Below, in pieces: positions 9,392 through 17,154 of a DNA stretch of 27,033 nt (position 1 is the stretch's first letter; every line of letters begins with the position of its first letter). The notes below the pieces were generated by a model that had not been told where the DNA came from, ran no database searches, and worked only from the letters and a program-made list of their open reading frames with translations. This DNA comes from a virus. Taxonomy: Duplodnaviria; Caudoviricetes. The position numbers were made by a program, and so were the translations under genes. The stretch is from positions 1 to 27,033 of IMG/VR virus record IMGVR_UViG_3300032295_001128; one strand, 5' to 3'.

Positions 9392-9759
9392 GTACCCGCT
9401 CTCCATTGCGTCGCAAGGTTGAAGACGCTGTTGGTCAGCGCCCGGGCCTTGGCCCGGTGGTAGTGCAGCCGCTTGTTGGCAAGCGTGTCCGGCTTGGGCT
9501 TCTTGGCGTCGGACTTGTCGCCCAAAGCGTAGACCGCCCGGGGGTACTTGCGGGCACCCTCGTGGTCGTAGACGTACCGCACGACGTGGATGCGTTTCAA
9601 GCCTGACTTGGTGCGATTGTTCAGTCGAGTGAGCACAGCGTGAGCATCGTATCGACCGATGCGCAGGTGATCGGCCAACTCACTCGCAGTGACCTCACCG
9701 AAGTCGGCAATGGTGGCAAGGGCATCGACTACCAGATGCCCACGATTGAGTGAACTCAA
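9388..9759 (-). CDS. Putative winged-HTH DNA-binding protein
   Basis: TTG start overlapping upstream stop; EVTASELADHL HTH-like segment; basic C-terminus. Confidence 0.6.
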   Translation of the reverse strand: MSSLNRGHLVVDALATIADFGEVTASELADHLRIGRYDAHAVLTRLNNRTKSGLKRIHVVRYVYDHEGARKYPRAVYALGDKSDAKKPKPDTLANKRLHYHRAKARALTNSVFNLATQWRAGT

Positions 9760-9863
9760 AACGGTGCCTCCGGTAGCTTCTCGCGCTCCTTGCGCTCCAG
9801 TTCCTTGAGTTCTTTGGGTGTCAATGGCACCGGGCCACCGGGAGGAGGGAAGGGCCAGATCAT
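9756..9863 (-). CDS. Small hypothetical protein (35 aa)
   Basis: MIWPFPPPGGPVPLTPKELKELERKEREKLPEAPF*; fills the gap with 4-nt overlaps at both ends; GGAGG RBS. Confidence 0.65.
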   Translation of the reverse strand: MIWPFPPPGGPVPLTPKELKELERKEREKLPEAPF

Positions 9864-10069
9864 TGCTGATCCTCCGTGGCCTTGTGCAGGTAATTCGTCA
9901 GGCGCTTGATCTTCGCCTCGTAATACTTGCACATGGAGTCAGCGTACTCGCGGCTGCTCTGAGCCTCCAGCAGCCTGCGCTTGGCGTCCTCCAGTTCACG
10001 CAGCGCAAGTTGCTCGGCGCTTGGGGTTGTGTACACACTCTTCAGCCAATCAATCGATTCACGGATCAT
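9860..10069 (-). CDS. Hypothetical coiled-coil protein
   Basis: 69 aa; AGGAG RBS; in operon. Confidence 0.75.
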   Translation of the reverse strand: MIRESIDWLKSVYTTPSAEQLALRELEDAKRRLLEAQSSREYADSMCKYYEAKIKRLTNYLHKATEDQQ

Positions 10070-10105
10070 TACAGTTACTCCTGCGGTTGGTGTGACACGA
10101 GTGTA

Positions 10106-11515
10106 TCACACTCCTTTGGATTGACGATATTGTTTGACCGCATTTCGCAGTCCAGCTTGGGTTGTGGCCTTCTCGTCGAGGGCCATTGCTTGCGCTTGGT
10201 CAAGGGTGCTTTGCATCAGAATGCGATGGCACATGACCGGTGCACCTTGACCTTGGCGGCGCACTCGGGCGTTGAACTGCTCGTACAGGTCCAGCGACCA
10301 GTTGAGGCCGTACCACACGAGGATGTGGCCGTTCTTCTGAAGGCCGTCGATGCCGTGACCCATCGACGCCGGGTGGCCGATCATCAGTTGGCAGTCGCCA
10401 GTCTTCCAGCGGTGCATGGCGTTGGTCAATGCAGACTCGCTCTTGCACTCGGTCAGGTTGATCGGGCGCAGGTCTTTGAACCGGGCCATGATGCGCTCGG
10501 CGTCACTGCGGTACGCATAAGCGCACAGGACCGGTGAGCCTTGGGCTTCATCGACGATCTCCTCCAGCGCATCGAGCTTCATGTCGTGCACGGGCTCCCA
10601 CAGCGGCATCCCGGCAATCGGGTACATGGCACCGTTGGAGAACTGCAGGCACTTGTTGGTCAGCGCCGCTTGGTTGAACGCCTCGACCTCCTTGCCGCTG
10701 TCGAGCACCATGAAGAACTCTTTCTCCAGCCGGTCGTACTTGGCCCGCAACTCGTCGGGCATCTCGATCTCGATGTTGTTGACGATCAGGTCCGGCAACG
10801 GGTTGTAGTCCTCGGCTGACATCTCCAACGTGATGTCCCCGATCAGCTTCTTGATGGTGTCCTCGGTATCGTCGTAAGGCACCTCTTTGTATGGCCCCAC
10901 CTTGCGGTAGAACCGGGTGCGGAAGGCCGTCTTGCTGGTGCCCAGGCGCTCACCCCTGTCCACTACGAGGAACTGACCGTGGAGGTCTTTGTAGCCGTTG
11001 CTGGCCGGGGTGCCGGTCAGGCCCGTGGTCCAAGTGAATTGGTCTGCGATCTTGCGAAACGCCTTGACCCGGTTCGTGGCGCTGTTCTTCATCTTGCTGA
11101 TCTCGTCCCACACGATGCCGTTGAAGGGCATCGGACGATTCTTCTTGACGAAGTAGGTCTGCAGCGTCTCGGCCAGCCAGCCCAGGTTCTCGTAGTTCAC
11201 CATGTACACGTCGGCAGGGCGCAGCAGGGCGCGGGTGCGCTGGTCCTTGGTGCCTGCGACCATGCTGAACTTGAGATGCTTGGTGTGCTCCCACTTCGCC
11301 GCCTCCTGCCGCCACACCAACCGGATGACTCGGATCGGTGCGACGATGATCACGCCACGCAGGAAGCCGGTGCCCAGCAGGTGCGACAGACTGGTCAGCG
11401 TGATGACGGTCTTGCCCAGGCCCATGTCCAGCCACAGCATCGAGTGTGGGTGGGTGCACTGGAAGTTGACCGCCTTCTTCTGGTAGTCGTGGAGCATGTC
11501 AGGTGTGAGCATCAC
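10106..11515 (-). CDS. SNF2-family helicase
   Basis: LDMGLGKT (motif I), DEIS (II), LTGTP (III), GHGIDGLQ and QFNARVRRQGQ (V/VI). Confidence 0.92.
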   Translation of the reverse strand: MMLTPDMLHDYQKKAVNFQCTHPHSMLWLDMGLGKTVITLTSLSHLLGTGFLRGVIIVAPIRVIRLVWRQEAAKWEHTKHLKFSMVAGTKDQRTRALLRPADVYMVNYENLGWLAETLQTYFVKKNRPMPFNGIVWDEISKMKNSATNRVKAFRKIADQFTWTTGLTGTPASNGYKDLHGQFLVVDRGERLGTSKTAFRTRFYRKVGPYKEVPYDDTEDTIKKLIGDITLEMSAEDYNPLPDLIVNNIEIEMPDELRAKYDRLEKEFFMVLDSGKEVEAFNQAALTNKCLQFSNGAMYPIAGMPLWEPVHDMKLDALEEIVDEAQGSPVLCAYAYRSDAERIMARFKDLRPINLTECKSESALTNAMHRWKTGDCQLMIGHPASMGHGIDGLQKNGHILVWYGLNWSLDLYEQFNARVRRQGQGAPVMCHRILMQSTLDQAQAMALDEKATTQAGLRNAVKQYRQSKGV

Positions 11516-11793
11516 GTCCTCAGCATCTCGTCCACCATGCGCAGCCCAGCGTCCACGTTGTCGATCACGAACACGCTGACCTTGTGCTGCCGCAGGCGTA
11601 GGTGCTCGCGCTCCTGGGCCGGCGTGGGCTTCTGACCCTCGCGCTTGAACTCGCAGAAGAACATGCGCCCGTTGGGCAGCACGAACAGCCGGTCAGGCAC
11701 CGCAGCGTGCGCTGGTGATGTGAACTTGTAGGCCAGCAGCCCGTGCTCACGGGCGTAGCCGCAGACCTTTGCTTCAATGTTCTTTTCAAGCAT
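11512..11793 (-). CDS. VRR-NUC domain nuclease
   Basis: EKNIE...VPDRL...FCEFKR...TPAQ PD-(D/E)xK pattern; adjacent to SNF2 helicase. Confidence 0.85.
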   Translation of the reverse strand: MLEKNIEAKVCGYAREHGLLAYKFTSPAHAAVPDRLFVLPNGRMFFCEFKREGQKPTPAQEREHLRLRQHKVSVFVIDNVDAGLRMVDEMLRT

Positions 11794-11794
11794 G

Positions 11795-12031
11795 TCAGTA
11801 CCCGTGCGGCTCAATGCTGCCGGTGTTCAACTCGATCAGCTTCTCGATGTAGTGCCGAGCCTTGCGCAAGTCCTCGACACCTCCCTTGTCCTTCCACCGA
11901 CTGACGTACTTCACCACGTTGCCCTCGAAGTACCCGAGCTCATTCGCAGCGATGTAGTCCCACGGTTGAATCGGCTGCTTCTTGTAGTGGTCGCCACCGT
12001 GCTGCACTTGGTTCACGCTAAAGCCAGACAT
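11795..12031 (-). CDS. DUF3310 protein (T7 gp1.7-like putative nucleotide kinase)
   Basis: GGDHY...GNVVKYVSRW..KGGVEDLRKARHY signature. Confidence 0.85.
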   Translation of the reverse strand: MSGFSVNQVQHGGDHYKKQPIQPWDYIAANELGYFEGNVVKYVSRWKDKGGVEDLRKARHYIEKLIELNTGSIEPHGY

Positions 12032-13866
12032 AACTTCTCCACTTCTCGGATGTAGTAATCAAAGTCCACTGGTAACTTACCAGCTTCACGGATGTCGCTA
12101 CATGGCTGAACACCCCAGCCACTCTCGACGCCGATCTTTCGCCACTCGGTCTTGCCCTTCAGCGGAGGCATCCACTTGAACAGCCGGCCACCGCCTTCTG
12201 CGATGTAGTAGCGCGTGATGTTCTGCAACTGCTGGGGCGGCTGACCGTCCCACTCGATGGCCAGATAGCTGCTGCGGGGCACCTTGGTGCGCAGCATGAA
12301 GTCCATGATGTCCGGCCACTGCTGCACGGTCTGCCGGATTGGGGCACCCTCGACCAGCACCTTCTCGGCCACCTTAGCGATCACCAGCCCACCAGCGTTC
12401 TGGTGCCACTCCATGTCGTGCTCATACGCACCTTTGCGCTTGGTGCTGCCATCGTTGAACACGCCGATGTAATTGTTGACATCGCGGATCATCATGGCCT
12501 TGTAGACGGCCTCCTCAAGGTTCAGGCCAGTGCGCTCCTGCCATGCCATGCGGGCCAGATCGACCATGATCTTGTGGCTGCGTGGCACCCGCACGGTCAG
12601 ACCATCGGTGTTGACTTGGATCAGGCGCAGCCCGGGGATCGTCAACAGCCCTTCAGCCAGCAGGCACAGCAGCAGTTGCCCGTTGAGCGTGATGCTCATG
12701 GTGAACAGCGGGTCGTAGAACACGCTGAACTGGTTGTTGCTGTCACCGTACACCCCGTTGAGCGCCAGCTTCAGCATCGCGCTCTCAGCGGACTTCTTGG
12801 GGTACTGCTTGCGCTGCTCGAACAGATGCTTGTAGATCGCCACGAAGTCCTTGCCCAGGTGCGCCGGGTGGAACCCGTTGGTGATGGCAAGGTTCGGGTA
12901 ATACGAGGTGACATCGAGGTCCACGATGACGTGCTCGGCGTCCGACTCGATGACCTCAGACTCCACAGATCCGTGGATACCGCCCAGGCCGAAGACGAAC
13001 GTGAAGCCGTTGATGGTGGCCGTCAGGTCGGTGAAGACGCCCTTGGTCTCCGTGATCGACTGCTGTTTGAGCCAACCCAGCACCCGGCTGAACTCAGGGT
13101 CGTCAAACCTGATCCACGGCAAGATGGCGTCCTTGAGGTGGATCACCGGGCGCTTGGTCTGCCGGGGTGTGCGGCCCTTGTCGCCGTAGTCGTAGCAGGC
13201 CACACCGGCTTCCTCCAACTTCATGACGAAGTAGTCCTTGCCGATCTTGGTGTCGTTGTGATTCATGAAGTCGCGGGCGTACTTGCGCGTCAACTCCTCG
13301 CGGAAGTGGATCATGTCAAGGCTCTTGTGATAGAACTTCTTGGTCTGATCCACGTCGTGCTGGTTGTATATCTTCAAAATCTCCACCTGCTCCCGAGTGA
13401 GAACAGACCCGACAGGGAACGGAAGATCTTGAATGCTGTCGGCCCGCATGTTGAATTCCAGCATCTTCAGGCTGGTGGCTCGGGCCTTGTTGTCGAAGTG
13501 GTGGATCTTGAACAGGTCGATCTGCGTGACGAACTGGTCAGACGGCTTGACGAGGTGCATCCACTTGTCGCCGTCTTCATCCTGCGAGCCGATGATGGCC
13601 ATCGCCTTCTTGTACAGCGTGGCAGCATCGCTGTGCCCCATGCGGATCAGCGTATGCAGGACGGGGTAGTCGAAGCCAAGGTTGTTGAACCCCACCATTC
13701 GCGCATTCGCTTCCTTGAGGAACTGGAGAAAAGCGACGATGTTGCGGCTGTCGTTGCGCCAGTCGCTGATCTCGAACAGCCAACGAAGCGGAGCCTGCGC
13801 ATGCTCGACCGCCAACGTGAAGACGTTGGGGTAGGTCTCGATGTCGAACACATAGTCGTTACTCAT
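12013..13866 (-). CDS. DNA polymerase, family B, with 3'-5' exonuclease
   Basis: Exo motifs FDIET, GFNNLGFD, YNQHD; polymerase motifs DLDVTSYYPN, KLALNGVYG, NTDG; start reassigned to ATG at 13866. Confidence 0.88.
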   Translation of the reverse strand: MSNDYVFDIETYPNVFTLAVEHAQAPLRWLFEISDWRNDSRNIVAFLQFLKEANARMVGFNNLGFDYPVLHTLIRMGHSDAATLYKKAMAIIGSQDEDGDKWMHLVKPSDQFVTQIDLFKIHHFDNKARATSLKMLEFNMRADSIQDLPFPVGSVLTREQVEILKIYNQHDVDQTKKFYHKSLDMIHFREELTRKYARDFMNHNDTKIGKDYFVMKLEEAGVACYDYGDKGRTPRQTKRPVIHLKDAILPWIRFDDPEFSRVLGWLKQQSITETKGVFTDLTATINGFTFVFGLGGIHGSVESEVIESDAEHVIVDLDVTSYYPNLAITNGFHPAHLGKDFVAIYKHLFEQRKQYPKKSAESAMLKLALNGVYGDSNNQFSVFYDPLFTMSITLNGQLLLCLLAEGLLTIPGLRLIQVNTDGLTVRVPRSHKIMVDLARMAWQERTGLNLEEAVYKAMMIRDVNNYIGVFNDGSTKRKGAYEHDMEWHQNAGGLVIAKVAEKVLVEGAPIRQTVQQWPDIMDFMLRTKVPRSSYLAIEWDGQPPQQLQNITRYYIAEGGGRLFKWMPPLKGKTEWRKIGVESGWGVQPCSDIREAGKLPVDFDYYIREVEKLCLALA

Positions 13867-13936
13867 TACGGTTACCTGAAGGTGGGGCGGATGTGGCCTC
13901 CCCCGGGAACTCCCAGAGGCACCCGCCCCGATTGAA

Positions 13937-14599
13937 TTACTGATGACCAGCCATGAACGGCGGCAGGCCCATCGGTGCAGCCGGTGCGGCAGCGCCGAAC
14001 ATGCCAGCGGGAACACCAGCCACAGCACCAAACAGGTTCGATGCGTCTACGGCACCCTCACCGAACGGGGTGTCGTCGCTGGCAAACTGCACAGCAATCA
14101 GATCGGCCCGAATGCCACGGCCATGCTTGTTCTCCTGCAGCCAGGGCTTCACGGCAGCGTTGACCCGGCAGCCGCCGTACATCTTGCGGGCAAGCTGCTG
14201 GTAGGCCATCGTGTTGGTCGGGTCGATCGGTGTGCCATCGGCTTGGATCATCTGCGGCTGAGAGTCGCGGCCTGCGGTGATGAACACATGACCGGCGTAC
14301 CCGTCGTAGGGCTGGAAGGTCTTCTTGTTGATCTTCTCCTCGCCGCGACCGTAGCAGCGCAGCTTGCGGTCGTTCTGGATCATGCCCATGACGGTCTGGG
14401 CGTGCTCCTTCCACTTGTCCAGCGCCATCGCGCCGTAGCGCTGCATGAACTGGCCGAAGCTGGGGTGATCCTGCGGCATGATGAACTCGCAGTTGTACGA
14501 GATGCGTTCCTTGCCGGTCTGCTCGTTTACCTGACGCTGAGGTTCAGCAAGGTGGGGGAAAGACAGACGGACGTTGGACAGGAAGATGATTTCGGACAT
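13937..14599 (-). CDS. Single-stranded DNA-binding protein (DUF2815 / gp2.5-like)
   Basis: NVRLSFPHL, YGGCRVNA and GIRADLIAVQF...GEG motifs; between DUF2800 and polymerase. Confidence 0.82.
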   Translation of the reverse strand: MSEIIFLSNVRLSFPHLAEPQRQVNEQTGKERISYNCEFIMPQDHPSFGQFMQRYGAMALDKWKEHAQTVMGMIQNDRKLRCYGRGEEKINKKTFQPYDGYAGHVFITAGRDSQPQMIQADGTPIDPTNTMAYQQLARKMYGGCRVNAAVKPWLQENKHGRGIRADLIAVQFASDDTPFGEGAVDASNLFGAVAGVPAGMFGAAAPAAPMGLPPFMAGHQ

Positions 14600-14618
14600 G
14601 ACAGTTACCTTTCGATGA

Positions 14619-15929
14619 TTACGAGAGCCACGAGGGCAGGGACTCGGCAGCGGGTGCTGCCGCTACTGCGCTGAACAGCGGCGCAGCATTGGTGATGACA
14701 GCAGGACGGCTGTCGGATTCGGGGACCACGGTGAGTTTGCCGGCCAACTTGGCGACGTACTCCTGCTCCATGCGCTTCAACTGGCGGTCGGTCAACGACA
14801 CCTTGGTGCCGTCGCGCTTCTCCCAGGTCAGCTTCTCAGCCTTGGCCGGGGTGACCAGCTTGGTCTCATAGATTGCGGTCTTGGGGATGCCCATCTTGAC
14901 CAGCTTCTCGGCCATCTCCTCCTCGGGCAGCGTCCAGGCGCGGGAGCCGCGACCGTGCACCAGCTTGAGGCCGGGGATGGGATTGCCGGACTCCAGACGA
15001 CGCAGGGCTTCCTTCTCCACACCTTCCAGGAGTTGGCGCATCAGCGGTGCGGCCTCCATGATCTGACGAATCTGCTGATCGTCCATCTGGGCCGGGTCTT
15101 TGTCGGCAGACTGCTGCGCGACGTCGAGCGTTTCAGTTACGACGGGTTGGAACATGATTCCGACCTCCTTCATTACGTTACCTGCCAGCGCGGCGCACCC
15201 GCCCTTCGCTTTGCAGTATTTACATTGACTCTCGCCGGGGACCAGTGGGGCCTGGGGGTTGTCCGTGGCAGACGCCTCGATCACAAGATCGCGGGCCACC
15301 TCGTCGAGCACCTGGGCCACCGGGTAGTCTACCGAGCGAATCGCTTTGCCACCCTTAAGCGCCAGCTTGGGCTGGATCACCGTCATGCGAACGGTCTTGA
15401 ACGGATACGGGTTGGGCCGTGCGATCTTGAGACTAGCAAGCACACCAACGGCGTACTGCTCCATCTGCAGGATCGCGCTGTCCCACGCATCGTTCATGCC
15501 GTCCTTGTAGTCGATGATTTCCACAACCTCGTTCAGACGGTCGTGAAGCTGGGCATCGACGGTGCCGTCCAAGTCGTCACGGCTGACCAGCCACTGAGGG
15601 TTTACCCTCTCCTCAGACACGATCTGCGCCATGCCCAAGGATTCAGCCTGCCGGGTCTTGAGGTAGTCGATGGCCACCTTGACCCGAGCAGCACGGTCAG
15701 CGTCGATCACGAACTCACCATCGTCGTCCTTCATCTTGACGCCCACCATCGAGGTGGGGTCAGCAAGTCCGGCCTTGGTGCAGTGCTCCAGCACCGTGTG
15801 AGTGTGAGTACCATCGATGGCCGCAGCACCGGTGCGCTCATCGGGGTACTTGGCCTCCTCACGAATGCTGCCTGGGCACAGGGCCCAGCGGTGCCGCTTC
15901 GAGGGCGACAGCTTGGCGTGGGTAGTCAC
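14619..15929 (-). CDS. DUF2800 Cas4-like PD-(D/E)xK exonuclease
   Basis: HAKLSPS..RW..CPGS, GT..H, GTVD, IIDYKDG, QC.YCKAK..C and GLKLVHGR motifs. Confidence 0.85.
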   Translation of the reverse strand: MTTHAKLSPSKRHRWALCPGSIREEAKYPDERTGAAAIDGTHTHTVLEHCTKAGLADPTSMVGVKMKDDDGEFVIDADRAARVKVAIDYLKTRQAESLGMAQIVSEERVNPQWLVSRDDLDGTVDAQLHDRLNEVVEIIDYKDGMNDAWDSAILQMEQYAVGVLASLKIARPNPYPFKTVRMTVIQPKLALKGGKAIRSVDYPVAQVLDEVARDLVIEASATDNPQAPLVPGESQCKYCKAKGGCAALAGNVMKEVGIMFQPVVTETLDVAQQSADKDPAQMDDQQIRQIMEAAPLMRQLLEGVEKEALRRLESGNPIPGLKLVHGRGSRAWTLPEEEMAEKLVKMGIPKTAIYETKLVTPAKAEKLTWEKRDGTKVSLTDRQLKRMEQEYVAKLAGKLTVVPESDSRPAVITNAAPLFSAVAAAPAAESLPSWLS

Positions 15930-16342
15930 TTCAGTGCCTCAACGCCTTGGAACAGCGCACCGTAGTGCTCGGGCTTGACATCGTTGATGTTCGCGTAGCC
16001 CAGGCCGGTCAGCACGTTCTGGATCTGGGCACCCTTTTGCGGACCCATCGCCTTGTAGGCACCCATGACGTAATCGATCAGACCCTTGCCGTCAGAGAAC
16101 GGTGCGCCGCTGGGCACAGGCGCTGCCACGGGCGCAGGAGCCACAAACGCCGGGGGTGCGGGCATCGTGGGCGTCACGGTGACCACAGCAGGTGCTGCGA
16201 CTGGTGCAGTTACAGGCGCAGGGCTTGCCACGGGCGCAGGGCTTGCCACGGGCGCAGGCGCGGTGGGACGGGCAGCACCCATTGCAGCGACAAGTGCGTG
16301 GATGGCAGCGGTCAGGTCTTCAATTTTGGACTCAAGGCTCAT
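15926..16342 (-). CDS. Hypothetical protein with Ala/Pro-rich linker
   Basis: GGAG RBS; MSLE..IE.LTAA N-terminus; usual neighbour of DUF2800 genes; contains an 18-bp tandem duplication at 16215-16250. Confidence 0.75.
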   Translation of the reverse strand: MSLESKIEDLTAAIHALVAAMGAARPTAPAPVASPAPVASPAPVTAPVAAPAVVTVTPTMPAPPAFVAPAPVAAPVPSGAPFSDGKGLIDYVMGAYKAMGPQKGAQIQNVLTGLGYANINDVKPEHYGALFQGVEALK

Positions 16343-16529
16343 AGAGTTTCTCCAGAGGGTTACGGTTTACAGGGGGACGAAGTGTGACGCGATCTTCAAT
16401 GAAGGCGTCGATCAGTTCACGCAAGACTTCACTTGGGCTTCCAAGTTTTGACGCCTTGACGTGGAACTTCTGGTGCGTCTTGTCTGTCACTCGGACAGAC
16501 AGGTACGAGGATCGAGTCTTGGTGTTCAT
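16332..16529 (-). CDS. Ribbon-helix-helix transcriptional regulator
   Basis: YLSVRV strand followed by helices and SEVLRELIDAF; first gene of the leftward replication operon. Confidence 0.65.
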   Translation of the reverse strand: MNTKTRSSYLSVRVTDKTHQKFHVKASKLGSPSEVLRELIDAFIEDRVTLRPPVNRNPLEKLYEP

Positions 16530-16551
16530 GGCCAAAAATTTTGTGCACTTG

Positions 16552-16586
16552 TTGCGATTGTTGCACGGATGATCTACACTTGTCAA
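16552..16586. promoter_or_regulatory. Overlapping divergent sigma70-type promoters
   Basis: + strand TTGCGA(16552)-N17-TACACT(16575); - strand TTGACA(16586)-N18-AACAAT with upstream TGn. Confidence 0.6.
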
Positions 16587-16604
16587 ACACTTCAGGAGAA
16601 ATTT

Positions 16605-17078
16605 ATGAGGTCCGAACTGATCATTGACCCAGAGGCCGGTCGGATCGACAAAATCACCCGCGACGTGGGCACACCTTCTGCGACTGGATACCGGCGGGTC
16701 AGACTCGGCGAGAAGTTTGAGTACGTTCACCGACTGGTGTGGGAACATGTGAATGGACCGATCCCGAAGGGGATGCACATCGATCACATCAACGGTGACA
16801 AAAGCGACAACCGGATCACCAATTTGCGTCTTACCACCCCTGCTCAAAACGCTCAAAACAGACCGACCACGGCGGGAGTGTCGTTCTGCAAAAAGACTGA
16901 GAAGTGGATCGCTCAAATAGGGCACGGTGGAAAAAGACTCTATCTTGGGCGCTTTAATGATCGGTCAGACGCTGAGTTTTCATATGCGAATGCCGCTGCG
17001 CTACTTCACACTCACAACCCCAAGTCACTGAAAAACATGCAACACACGGCACAAAGAAAAAGCCCCGGGGTCTTGTGA
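16605..17078 (+). CDS. HNH homing endonuclease with AP2-like C-terminal domain
   Basis: AGGAG RBS; HRLVW...IDHINGDKSDNRITNLR...N..N; GVSF...KWIAQI...YLGRF. Confidence 0.88.
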   Translation: MRSELIIDPEAGRIDKITRDVGTPSATGYRRVRLGEKFEYVHRLVWEHVNGPIPKGMHIDHINGDKSDNRITNLRLTTPAQNAQNRPTTAGVSFCKKTEKWIAQIGHGGKRLYLGRFNDRSDAEFSYANAAALLHTHNPKSLKNMQHTAQRKSPGVL

Positions 17079-17088
17079 ACCCCGGGGC
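17057..17088 (-). terminator. Intrinsic terminator on the minus strand
   Basis: 10-bp stem GCCCCGGGGT/ACCCCGGGGC followed by a T-run on the - strand only. Confidence 0.75.
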
Positions 17089-17140
17089 AGCTTCTGACGG
17101 AGGAGAAACGTGATGACACTGGCAACTGCGATCACCAGCG
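17057..17140 (-). ncRNA. Putative ~80-nt antisense RNA to the primase leader
   Basis: - strand TTGCAC(17174-17169)-N17-TATACT(17151-17146) promoter about 60 nt upstream of a - strand terminator hairpin. Confidence 0.55.
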
Positions 17141-17154
17141 AGAAAAGTATATGA
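17113..17154 (+). CDS. Putative leader peptide MTLATAITSEKSI coupled to primase
   Basis: GGAGGAG RBS at 17099-17105; stop overlaps the primase ATG (ATGA 17151-17154). Confidence 0.5.
   Translation: MTLATAITSEKSI

Noticed and set aside
10090-10111. Imperfect inverted repeat with an extended -10-like TGATACACT on the minus strand
   Set aside because: No usable -35 and it overlaps the helicase stop; too weak to call
12403-13935. 510-aa + strand ORF opposite the polymerase
   Set aside because: Antisense shadow of a GC-rich gene; no recognisable motifs
13867-14031. N-terminal extension of the polymerase ORF
   Set aside because: Overlaps the SSB gene; the ExoI motif begins right after ATG 13866
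14955-15965. 336-aa + strand ORF opposite DUF2800
   Set aside because: Antisense shadow; the opposite strand has clear family motifs
16215-16258. 18-bp tandem repeat
   Set aside because: In-frame duplication encoding APVASP in a low-complexity linker
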